NCBI GenBank assembly: GCA_905178155.1
Contig: CAJINV010000004.1
Span: 6,786,358-6,850,357, forward strand
From: Amoebophrya sp. A120
Lineage: Eukaryota > Protista > Dinoflagellata
Length of the DNA stretch: 64,000 bases
Direction of reading: 5' to 3'
Numbering within the stretch: position 1 is the stretch's first letter; each line of letters begins with the position of its first letter. The notes under the pieces are model-generated. The model saw only the letters and a program-made list of their open reading frames with translations, had not been told where the DNA came from and ran no database searches. The translations under genes were made by a program, and so were the position numbers. This document shows positions 26,201 through 36,373 of this stretch, in pieces.

Positions 26201-26554
26201 GGCAACGCGGTCGTGCCCGCGGTCATTGCACTGGTAGCCGGCCCGGTCGTGGAGCACATTGTCAGGAAAGATGAAGAAGAAAACCGGAAGAGGTGCAACA
26301 GTTGCGGCACTGGTGAGCTTAAGGAAAACGCCTTTAATACTTTTCCGCTAGACGTCGAGAAGACCGTGCTGGATTTGCTAGCCCGGGCCAGGAAGGGAGC
26401 ACTTGGGGGCTGTTCTCAACACACCGACGGAGGTTCAAAGAATGATAAACAGACAGATCAACCGGAAAGCGTGGTGCCGAGGAAGAAGCGGTCTGCCTCT
26501 TCTGGTCTGGGCCCGAGCCTCCACCAGGAGGAACAAAAGCGGCTCAGAGCATAA
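23222..26554 (+). CDS. DNA (cytosine-5)-methyltransferase, bacterial/Dcm-HhaI-type motif order, intronless
   Basis: 1110-aa ORF. Motif I FIDLFAGIGGF, IV GGFPCQSFS, VI FENVRGL, VIII PQRRERVYI, IX RFFTPRECCRLQGFP, X QIGNAV. Confidence 0.95.
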   Translation: MCDNETKKMIPLVPENKATGTESGSLAGCTLVARGNAEVGDITTSTPEVSLMTPTTDSSPSEGPEVDDLLESNYTIQANEQCSYENDTTLRADIRDGDEQEEQRTTREQENRRHEKLRSYYANKALTAATLRKNASSSCKKMKHDVEQKINSVSYEHLLATEIRNSGYLLCNHLDTSKLVDFLKEHKMLCSSGVVRSFVPEVDARYLQILFPYKPVQRQGGDSAQHPKIDLVHQEALQHMQKEVLFHPESVKKLKLIPLNAQGTSLLVRGNKVFGATGARVATLLVDQAGNDEDSSTTSLEELHNGDENAMPTANKLYTNYLNTIVGREKRYLMFCHPRSGDGADDDVEWFFKRNSEILGTGAKTDPDTEIRQIIGQVVAQKSKSSSSSNSTKNEDHSAPVLHKESLRTTTSTSRGEVQDHEPSATMLSPKTMLPFSTEEEKRVFLHEKTKTLSSANNSPNKTFTFIDLFAGIGGFRLALEALGGVCLGACELDKFARQTYEKNFHPNLKHNFGAGWSYRQPVGVPIRLDECDEFFINDVTRLAFDSTGVVRDCGEEASSRDENKASSEMNFYSASSSQHEQHHLPSATAKVDLLTGGFPCQSFSTLGKQTGVHDPERGGLFFHLVRILRELKPRFFLFENVRGLLTLEEGKPFEKMVQMLECNGLYEVEYEIVDAGDFLPQRRERVYITGALREEKYAHLFTTSPKTAVDVPTGKDATALLSLRGRIVQKLSSSVDCAGAPDQHNPALHKESRAKSAPSCSPLGNTKISLQSVLDCNSTVDRRYFLLPAQWDKVRRQRYQQLHKDGTGRLVSEHLTHAQTLCSNYRTNFFMFSQLVADLRGDETEGRNLCGQEVVGIGGETENGGELSATTTTRDEVADAGQHSGAGDPGFQLKTTTGSSGSSCTSAMIKNGKMTNHGGKTESPRPEPLPQQEEQTNLQELTSSLLDPHREGQKRPRFFTPRECCRLQGFPEDFEIPRKDNLGEEGRFYHQIGNAVVPAVIALVAGPVVEHIVRKDEEENRKRCNSCGTGELKENAFNTFPLDVEKTVLDLLARARKGALGGCSQHTDGGSKNDKQTDQPESVVPRKKRSASSGLGPSLHQEEQKRLRA

Positions 26555-27247
26555 TAGCCTGGAAGGACCACCTCTCCCGGAACAGAGGAGGTTCTCCTGA
26601 GGGGCCTTCGATTAGTGTAGTAGATGAGATCAGTATAATAACGATCTGATACTGCTCAAATAATTGTGCAAGCGACACGTTGACGAACCACAAAAAAGAA
26701 TGCTTGAGCGACAACTTCGAACCTACGCAAATAGAAGAATCAACTCTTCCATGCTCTACGATTGAAGGACCCCTGTTCCTTCTGCAACGTCTCATCCTGG
26801 TGTTGTACCCCGTGTCTTTCTAAAATCCCGCACCACGCCTTATTGCAAGTGCACCGCGATCAGGTCCTCGTCCTCCAGATAAAGATATAGAGCGCTTTGA
26901 AACCCAATTCCTGAACAAACGATGGATTTGAAGAAGCGACTTTCCTGTCGATGAATCGGATAGCCGGTAGTTAGATCAGTTCACTAGTCTATTCGGCGGA
27001 AGAGAGTGTTCGTCCGTCATTTTGGCTTGCCTTCTTTTACTAGTACACGACACAGATCTCGTCTGCTTCGACTTTCTCCGCCGTTCCCGTGACGCTATGA
27101 CGCGTGAGATCTACTCTTCATTTGTGTCTTCATCTTGTGATGTCTTTTCGAAAACCACGACCCACTGATTATTGCTCCTGCGCCTGCCGCACCACGCGAG
27201 TACTATTCGCTAGTATACTTTAGAGCAAGCAGCAGGCGCACGCACAC

Positions 27248-28513
27248 ATGACGCCTCTCCCAATCAAACTCGGGCGGCGTCCCACCACGCAGCCGCCTTC
27301 GTCCGAGCGCATTGGCGCCGCAAGTAAGGAATGGAAGAACACCGCGGTATTAGCTGCGAAGCGGTTCGCGGCAAAGGAAGTGATCTTTTCCGAAGACGCC
27401 ATTCTCCAAACGGACGCCTTAGACTTGTTGAGCGGCACGGCGACGCTGAGATGGAACAATCTGTTAAAACTGTACGAAAAATTACAGGCGGAGAAGGTGA
27501 GCACTGGCAGCGCGAACCCAATCCTCAGCAACCGGATGGAGAAATTCAAGGAACTGGTGTTGAAATACACAACTACATGCACGCCCTCTACACCTCCAGG
27601 AGGGCATGAAAACAACACAACCTCCGGAAGTAGACTTGCTGGTTCGCTTTCCGCTACCGCACAGGATGAACTATCTTCAACAGTATCCGCCCATCAAGAG
27701 CTGCAAGAAAAAATCCCGCCCAACAACCTACACATGACAGACACCCAGTGTCGGATTTTCTGGGAACAGTGTGCGTTCACGATTTTCACGGACCGACATC
27801 GACATTGGAACTACCTCCTCCACGCCATCGGTTTTCCGGTATTCTTCTCGCTCCTACTCGCACACCTACTGCCGCTTTTACCCCTACCCTACTACCTCGG
27901 CGGCTTCCTGCTTCCGGACAGCGCGTTCAGCTCCTGGCTGCACCTGGGGTTTTGCTTCGTCGTTTTCTTTTTCGTCATTGTGGTGCAAACGGAGAAGTTC
28001 ATGGTGTACTGCACGCAAGGAGTTTTCGAATTCGCTTCGAGGATAAACCACAGCTGCAAGCCGAACGCGGTTGTGGAATTTTCGGAGAATTTTTTTGCTG
28101 CAGAGAAACAAGACCAAACGCAAACTCTCGCGGCAAATGAGCACCAGCAAATAAGTCCACCAACAGGAAAAAGAACACCAACTGTGCTACAACAGAGAAT
28201 AACGGTGAAAGCCTTGAAGCCGATTCTCCCGGGGGAAGAGATTTTGATAGATTTTCTGGGAACCTACATGGAGCGCTTTACCGCATTGGAAGCGGAAGCG
28301 AGATGCGAAATTCTCCGCCAGGACTACGGGGTGCGGTGCTTGTGCAAGCTGTGCAAGGCCGCGGAACCGCAGGTGCTGGAGAAGATCAAACAGTACGAAG
28401 CGGCACGGGTACAGAATGACCACGACATCAACGCGCTGCAGATGGGTCAGGAGGGTCAACCCGAACCTGATGTCCCGAGAAGGGAAGTAGACGAGGAAAG
28501 CGAGGATGACTGA
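27248..28513 (+). CDS. SET-domain protein (SMYD-like) with hydrophobic insertion, intronless
   Basis: ASRINHSCKPNA, VKALKPILPGEEILIDF, post-SET YGVRCLCKLC; N-terminal AAKRFAAKEVIFSE. Confidence 0.85.
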   Translation: MTPLPIKLGRRPTTQPPSSERIGAASKEWKNTAVLAAKRFAAKEVIFSEDAILQTDALDLLSGTATLRWNNLLKLYEKLQAEKVSTGSANPILSNRMEKFKELVLKYTTTCTPSTPPGGHENNTTSGSRLAGSLSATAQDELSSTVSAHQELQEKIPPNNLHMTDTQCRIFWEQCAFTIFTDRHRHWNYLLHAIGFPVFFSLLLAHLLPLLPLPYYLGGFLLPDSAFSSWLHLGFCFVVFFFVIVVQTEKFMVYCTQGVFEFASRINHSCKPNAVVEFSENFFAAEKQDQTQTLAANEHQQISPPTGKRTPTVLQQRITVKALKPILPGEEILIDFLGTYMERFTALEAEARCEILRQDYGVRCLCKLCKAAEPQVLEKIKQYEAARVQNDHDINALQMGQEGQPEPDVPRREVDEESEDD

Positions 28514-30520
28514 CGGTACAATTCCGGTGGCGTATGTGTGTGTCGATAGAAATAACAAATAAGTGCAGAACCGAGAATGGGGACGATGGTGATGGAAAAT
28601 GAGGAGCAACGAGCTTCGTCTATAAAGAATTTGATATCTTTAAACTACACATGCTGAAGCCGCATACACTGAAAATGAAAACCCTGAACGTCGCAGATGT
28701 GGATGTGAAAGAAGCAAGCAATAGTGCAAGGCAAGAGCCTCATAGTAGTGTAGCGCTTCTAGTAGATTTTCCGATTTCACACAGAAAGAACCAAAAGCGT
28801 TGAACGTCTCATCTTCTGCTTCGGCCTGGAGCTGTGCTATGTTCGCTATGAAAAGCTCTGCGTCATAACTTTTTGAGCCTGTACTTGCTCCCCGTACACC
28901 AATTTAGCCGCTAAATTGGACCGACCGAGCTGGCGGCCCGCAAGCGGAACAACGCGAAAGCCAACGCCTTCGCCGCGGCGATCCGGTCCCGCATCAACAT
29001 CGCCGCGCCGGGACAGCTGCAGGGCGGCGCTGCCTTTATCCGGACAGGCGCCGCGCCGTGCATTGCCGCCCCCATCAAGACGGGCGGCGTGATGAAATGG
29101 GACGCGCCCGCGACGGCGTCGATGCTGGACAACTTCGCCCCAGCGCGGGCGCTTACTCGGTTGCGCCCGAGTCCAAGGGGCGCCGCCTTGCGGGGCCGTG
29201 GAAGTGCGGTCGGCCGCTGGCTCCTGCATGGCCGACGAGGGGCCACATCTCGGCACATTAATGCGACCCGAACCCGAGGGCCCCACAGGCAGAGGAACGG
29301 TTCGGAACGGAGCGCGTTCGGCGCGTTCCCGTGTGCGGCGGCAATGCGCGCGCGCTTGGAGTGGGCCCAAGAGGCTTCGCAGGGTTTTGCCGGCCCTAGA
29401 TTTGGCAGGCGCAACGCACAGGCGCGCGGGCCCGCAGGGAGGGCCTGAAAAAGAATAAAAGGCCCCCGGTCTTTTGGGGCCGCGCGATGCAAGGCGCCCG
29501 CCGGGCCGGCGGCACACTTAAAGGCGCTGGCCCCTCGCAGTCGTTGGCGGGCGGTTCGTTGATTGTGGGGCAGGCCAATCAGACGGCAGGCCTTGGGGCG
29601 CGCAGCCAGACAGTGGAGGGCCATCGGGGGCGCGTTTGGGGATCGCGGAAGCCCCGCCCCTGCGCGGCTCTCCGCGATGGGGGCCCGGTGCCTGCTCGCG
29701 CTTGCAGCAAACCAGCCGCGCAGCGTGCTCGCACTCGCCGCGGAGGTCCGCCGCCCCCGGCCCGTCGCACGCTCGCACGTGCGCCCGCCCGGCCCCGCGG
29801 CGCGCTCCAACTACACGCGAAGACTGCGCCTGCGCCAGCTGCCCGGACGCGCGCGCGGCCTGGTCTCCAAGGCCCCCCAGCGGTTGGCGGGTGTTGCCGC
29901 CTGGAGGAGATGAAGGGCTTGTTGCGAGAACACGCGGCGCCATTGATGCCAGGGCGCGCAGCGGTTGGACGCAACAGCCGGCGCGCCGCCGTTTCTCTCT
30001 GCGGGAGAGTGGGCGCAAGAAGGGGCGCCGCCGCAGGGGGGGCCCTTCAGTCAGAGAGCCCGCGGGCCGCGGGAGGCACTAAATCCCAGCTAATTTTTGC
30101 GGGATTTCCCCGAAGCCCTTAGGGCGGGCGGTGGTTTTCCTCCTCGGGCGCTGAAGGTTCCCGGGCCCGCAGGGTTCCACCCTTTTCCACCGCGCCCGGG
30201 GGGCCGGGTTTTTTTCAAATCCCCCCGTTGGCCCCGCGTGTGTTTTTCAATGAAAAGCCACGACGGAAATTAAAATTTAAAAATTAGGGCCGTTTGCAGG
30301 GGATTCGGAATTTCGAACGCCGCGGGGGCTTCTTTGGTATTTTCGTACCCGGGTGGCCCCGAAGGTGGAGGGCAGCGCTCGTGGTCTGGTTTTCATGGGG
30401 GCCCTCGGATTTTCGGCTTGGGTTGTGAAGACCTGGGCCGTGTGGCCAATGTTGCTATCCCTGCACCCTATCCCTGTTTCGTTCTTTCGCAAAGCCATTG
30501 TCGTTGGGCTTTTCGAAAGC

Positions 30521-30800
30521 GTTCTATTTTTGGGCTTTAAGTCGTATTCTATTTTGGACTTCTAAACGTGCTCGCTGTTTTGCTTTCTATTTTTCTGCGG
30601 GATTCGCGTGTTCGGCAGCTGTCTTCTCAACTTCTATTTTTCGCGACACTGGAGATTTCCAAAGGAAATCCTCCAAAGCGCGAATTTAGAAGTTGAAAAG
30701 CAGCCGCTCGAACATGCGAATCCCGCAAAAAATAGAAAGCAAAATAGAAGCACGATTTAGAAGCCAAAATAGAATACGATTTAGAGCCCAAAAATAGAAC
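30521..30800. repeat. ~280-bp imperfect palindrome, followed by AAAATAGAA tandem repeats to ~30920
   Basis: GTTCTATTTTTGGGC (30521) pairs with GCCCAAAAATAGAAC (ends 30800); arms pair inward to GATTTCC-AAA-GGAAATC at ~30654-30670. Confidence 0.9.
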
Positions 30801-31980
30801 ACGATTTAGAATACGAAAATAGAACATGACTTAGAACACGAAAATAGAAGCAAAATTAGAATAGAAAATAGAGCCCAAAAATAGAAACAAAATTAGCCGC
30901 AGAATTAGCAGCGAAAATAGCCGCCCGCGGGGGGTGTTTCGTATGGCTGTAACTGGGTGGGGTGTTCAATGGGTGACTTTGCTTTTCGGGCGGTTTTGGG
31001 ATTTGGGGTTTTGCTTTGTGGGAATTCATCCTGTGCGAGATTGCCGGCGTTGCCATGCTCCATGTGTAGAAGACGGCCTGCTTCTCGTTGTTTTGTTTTT
31101 CTTGTCCTGGAGCCCCTCTCCTGATTGTTTTGGGACCTCGCGCGCGGCAACTTGCGTTGTCGCTTTTTCGGGTTTGGGCCTTCAACTATTATCCCGCTTG
31201 TCGGGGTTTGAAAAAATCCCGCAGAAATTAGCTGGAAATTAGCGGCCGCCACCGCCCCGGGGTTTCTAACTGAGGCCCTCCCGCCCGCCCCGCGCCCTTT
31301 CTGGATAGGCCGCAGGGAGGCAGGGCGCAGCGAACTGTCGCGGGCGCGCCTAGCCACCCAGGCCCCTTCTGTCTCTTCACTCTGGGCCGGCTCGTGTGTG
31401 GTGTATTGTATGTATTAAGACCCGGGCCGCTAGGCGGATTTTGGTTGTGTGGGAGATTGGCCGGCCGGCGGGCCCGCCCGCCCCCCCGTCGGCGCGTCGT
31501 TCGCCCCGTAGGTTCGCGGGCCGGGGCGGTGCGCGCGCGCGCCTTTGGTCTTTCAATGTGGCCAGGGCGCTGCCGCCTTTCGCAGCTTTAGTCGGTGGCC
31601 CGAGGCAAGTGCGGCCTGCGCCGATAACTTGCGCCAGGCAGCAAGCAAGCTCATTTTGGCAGTGTGGCGCTGTGGTTCGTCTATTAATTCTCAACGCCAC
31701 TGCGCGACGTCGCAGTGCTGTGTAGCCGTCCGATGCGTGTTGTCGCGATTTGTGTTCAGATGAACGTGAGGTCAGCTTCTCACAGCTCCCCCGTTTCCGA
31801 CGAGTTCATCTGCATCGCAGGACGCGTCGCGATGACATGTTCATGCGCCACATACTTGTTGCAACCAGTCAGGCCGCTCCCCCATTCGGATTTTGGATAG
31901 AAAAGGAATTAGGAACGTATTACCTCGCTCGTGTAACGACGGACATGCGCTGTGTGCTGGTCTCTGTCTCATGTCACATT

Positions 31981-33051
31981 ATGCGCACTCGTTTTCTCCT
32001 CCGCGTATATCTGCTGGCTACATCAGTGGCGCATGCCCTATCACTCCATTTTCAACTCCATCGGAGCTTCCTTCCCCACGCCGATACCGCTTTAGCTGCG
32101 CTTCACAGGACAAGAGGAAAACAGCAATACCCTGGTGGGCTAGACTTTGCAGAGCTAGATGGATATGATTTTGATGGACGAGCATCTTGCCATAGCAGGT
32201 CCCCCGTGTCGCATGTGAATGGCGACAAGACCCAAGAACACCACCCGCCGCCTGCTCTATTCCCTGATCATTCGTTTTGCGACCGGCCGCAGCGAGAAGT
32301 AGACTCCAACCCAGACGACTTTTCGGACGACGAAGATGACCAAGGTTATTTTGGTGCGACCTCGTCCTCTTCGTCCGGCAACTGTAGGAGTACGGGGTCG
32401 GGCAACTGCGTTAATCGGGCGATGCAGTGTTTCTGCCCGGCACGAAAGTTTCTGTCGGCATGTTGTCGCTTGTTCACGAACCGATTTCGAGCCCGCGGAC
32501 CTGTTGCAACTTTCCGCAGAGCGGAGGGCGGCGTGCCTTTACTGGAATCGGAAGGAAGCGAACTGCGGTGCCTCGACGGAAAGAGCGGTGGGGGACCAAC
32601 GTAAGAACTTCTTTGTGATGTGAGCAAGTAGAATTCAAAAGTTCACGTGAGAAGCTGTTTTTAGCAGGATGCCTCTGGGCTTTCATCCGTAAATGCTTCC
32701 AGAAAACAAGAAGATCGCAAACCCAATCACCACAGGCAATACTACGACTTGAGCCCCTCCTCGCGCGGCGGCACCCCGCGCAACAGCAAGAACCGTGGCC
32801 GCGGCGCCACTTCCATCTCTGCGTGGCGGAATAGCGGACGGGGGCGGTCCCTCGCAGACGTTCTCGCGCTGCAGCGGCAAAAGAGCGAGTGTCAGGCACT
32901 GCGGCAGCAAAGTGAGTCCGCGTTGGAGGCGCATGAGCTGTACTTGCTGAGCCGCCGAAGCCATAATTTGCAACACGAGCTGCATTTCTTTCCACCGAGC
33001 AACGACGGGGAGGAAATGTTGCTGGCGCCCTACTCTCATTGCGGATACTGA
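31981..33051 (+). CDS. Hypothetical protein with N-terminal signal peptide, two exons
   Basis: MRTRFLLRVYLLATSVAHA; phase-compatible GT-AG intron 32601-32735 joins the exon to ORF 32749-33051. Confidence 0.5.
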
Positions 33052-36000
33052 TCGCGCTGACCATATTTTCTGTCAGTGCGAAGAATTGGTAGTATTGGAC
33101 ACGTACTAGTTCGGGGCTGTGTAATCGGGAGTCTTCAAAATGGCCAAACACTGACACCAGATGCGGTTTCTCCCGATGTGCTCCAGAGTCTCGTCTACTA
33201 CCCCGTGTTGCAGTGGTCATTCTTCTCCCGTGCCAGGGTCTCACTCGGGATGGTTTGTTGCAGTGCGATCTCGCGGCTTCATCAGTCTGATGCTTGATAG
33301 ATATATGACAACAAGAATTATACAGGTTAAAGTTATACGATGGCCAGCAGCCTGCTGCTCGCCTTCTTTCTGCCGCTAAACAACTCGTCGTAACGGACGC
33401 TAACGGATAAATCCGGCGGCAGACCTCACAGGGAGTGGGACGAAACGAAGCACCGTTCCAAGCCCTGACAAGGTGCACACTGCGCCTCTGAAGGCGGAGG
33501 TGATGAGCACGTCGGAAAATGATGGAAGAGTACATATCAATCTTCGAGCTGTGGAACCATTTTGTTTTCATTTTATTGCTCACGTTGAAGATCCCGACTG
33601 ACATAATATTAGAAATAAGATTGCAATTGCATGATCGCGCGTGCTCCTGAGAAAATGAACAGCACAAGTCGAGCCCTCACACGCACGCGCGCACACTTGG
33701 TTTTTTAGCTTTGCCACCACATCGATTTTGAAGACCTCAGAAGTATGATGAAGCGCATTTTACTAGTACTACGCCTTTGACTTTCAATTTCATTCACGCG
33801 AAAGCGTAAGCGGTGGCGTACGATTAAAAAAACTTGGCGTTTGTTAAAGTGAACGGAAAAAAAAAGTATACAAAAAGCTGAAGTTGATGGTTCTGCTAGT
33901 GCTAGTAAACATCTTCGCTCTAGCTCTTCAGCAAAAATACACGAGCACCGTGGCACGATTGTGCAATGTTCTCCGCGCTTCCGCGGGCCTCTCCCTCTGT
34001 GTTTCTTGTTGCGGCGAGTCTTTCAGATAAGTAGCTTCCTTCGCTAGATGCGCGCGCGCCTGGGCTTTTGGGAAGGGGCGGGGCCCGCGAGGCGGGCCGC
34101 GGGGCCGCTGCGCCTTCCTCCCGGCCTGCGTGCTGGGTGGCGGCCAAGAAGCGCCGGGGCAGAGCCCTGGCCCAAGGGGGGCCCGTGTTTGTTCTGCAGG
34201 ATCGGCCTGCGTCGTCGGCTGTCGAGAACGGGCTGCCAGCGCCTTCCTGGTTCTTTTTTGCGGCGGCCGCCGGCCAATCCTTTCCTCTGCGACACCCCGG
34301 GGGAAAGAAAACCGATAGACAGAAGCAGCTGGCCCATCAAGCAGCTGGAAAACGGCTATCATTGCCGGCCGGGCGCGGTACGGGCTACCCGCCAGAAGTA
34401 GCCCGGGGCATTGGTTGTTTTCGTAAAGTGTTCTGGTTGGCCTCAACCGAACCGGGCCCGTGTTTGCGTTTGACTACGGCGCATTGGAGGCGCTTCAGGA
34501 TGCGAACAGCCCCAAGCGGACTGCCCCGCGAGTGGGCCCCCCCGGATTACCGGGCACGCCGACCAGCCGGCCCGCAGCCTTCCATCCCCCCTGTGGCCGA
34601 CGTAGCCCCCGGGGGGCCCCGGCCCTTCTCTGGGACCCTCCTGCGGGAACGAAATCCCCCGCGGGGGTGTTGGTGGCGTGGGCCGTCGGCGACGTACGCG
34701 CAGGCATCTAGGCCGCGGCGGAAGGCCGCCGCGCCGCCGCCGCCCCGTGTGTTCGGGCACAGCCAGCAAGGGCGTGGCGACAGCGGCGGCCGCGGATGGC
34801 GACCGGCGGCCGGCCGCGGCGAGACAGCGCGCATCCCGGGCCGGATCTTTGGGTCCCTGTGCCGCTCTTGGCTCTTGCACGCTATCCCTTTCTGGACCAC
34901 CAGCAGCGGGGGCTATTGGCATGCCGGCAATGCGCCGACCGGCTGGCTGCAGCGCGCGCGCGACGAGGCCGCCAAGGGAGAGGCCGCCCGGGGCCCGGCC
35001 GCTTCTCCTTGTGGCGCGTGGGGCGGGCGGGAGCGCCTCACTCAGTATTAACTCCCGCCCTTGTAGCCTTTTGCCGGGCCCGGGCGGGCCGGGCCGCCCA
35101 TACTCCCTCCGGCCCTCCGCGGTGGCGGGCGGGGGGCGGAGTTCTACCGCTTGGGGGCCGCCGCGCCCCCGCGCCTGCCACAAAAAATAAAAGGGAAAGC
35201 AGAAACCAAGCGCGCCGCGTTGCCGTGGGTTGCGCGCCCCGTCCTTCGTTCCAAGCGCAGGGCGTTCCGTGTGTGTCGCATGGCCGGAGCCGCCGCGCGC
35301 CAACCATGCTTGGAAGGATGCATGGCGCTGCCCCGTCGGGTCAGCACTATGTCTTGGGCCCCTCGTTGCCCGGCCTTCCTCGAGCGGGGCTCGGGGGGGC
35401 GGCGGCAGGGGATGAAGGGGTGGCGTCTGTAAATGAGTATAACGCGTGGTGCCCCTCCGCATGTTTTTCGAAATCTACTTGCTGGGCACGAAAGATGGTG
35501 GTCGGGATAAAGCTGAAGGTAGCTCGCCGGCGCCACGAGTGCGAGCGGCAGTACTTTTATTGGGAGCCCGTGCCCGTGTTCGTGTTGAATTTGCGCCGAC
35601 CAGCTAGCGCAGCGTGGCCCTCCCCCGTCTCCGGGTGCTGATGCTGTGTTGGCAACAGTAAGCATCGATGTATTTACTTATTTGGAAGTAGGACGCATTT
35701 TTCAGAAGACCTACCTGCCACCGCCAACTTCAAATGAAAATGAATCAACGCGACACGCACAATAATTAAAGATTCTCAGTCGAGTGCATGGATGTGCGGC
35801 GAACGCAAGGCAAAGGCCCAGTTTATTATTCCATTTTTGACAGGAAGCCTTGACTTTCCCCGCCTCGATTTTTTTCCATATTTTTCCGCCGTATCATGAA
35901 GTTTATAGCTTCCACAATAATGATAAACCGGCACTTAAGTACTACCCAAGAAACTCTCGCAGCACCCCTATTACACATCTCGCTTGACTTGCTTGTGCTC

Positions 36001-36373
36001 CTTCACAAAAATCTTCATGACACATCAAAACCACTGAGAATAGGACGAGGTAGTGACCGAGGAAGGTTGTAGTTCTAGTTGAAACGCAGACAGGGCAACA
36101 AGGTAGTAACACCACCAGAGCTGAAAGAACGTAGTAACACCTGTCTCACGGACGAACTTCAAGCCCGATATTCGAATTTGTCCTGTTGCAGTTGTTAACA
36201 CTGAGCAGCTGCCAGTACGAAATATATTTGTATCTTCTCTACGTCTACGAGACGAAAACAAAGATAAAGAAGAGAGTACTTCTACAACAAACTCTTCAAC
36301 GAAAATAAATTCTGTCCGTACTAAAATCCAAACTACTTGTTCTAAAACACGACGACCACGCCCTCAATATAAG

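Noticed and set aside
23222-26554. Bacterial contamination or a restriction-modification system
   Set aside because: No endonuclease partner; the gene has the same low-complexity inserts and orientation as flanking eukaryotic genes
32474-33667. 397-aa minus-strand ORF
   Set aside because: No recognisable motifs; overlaps a better-supported + strand two-exon gene
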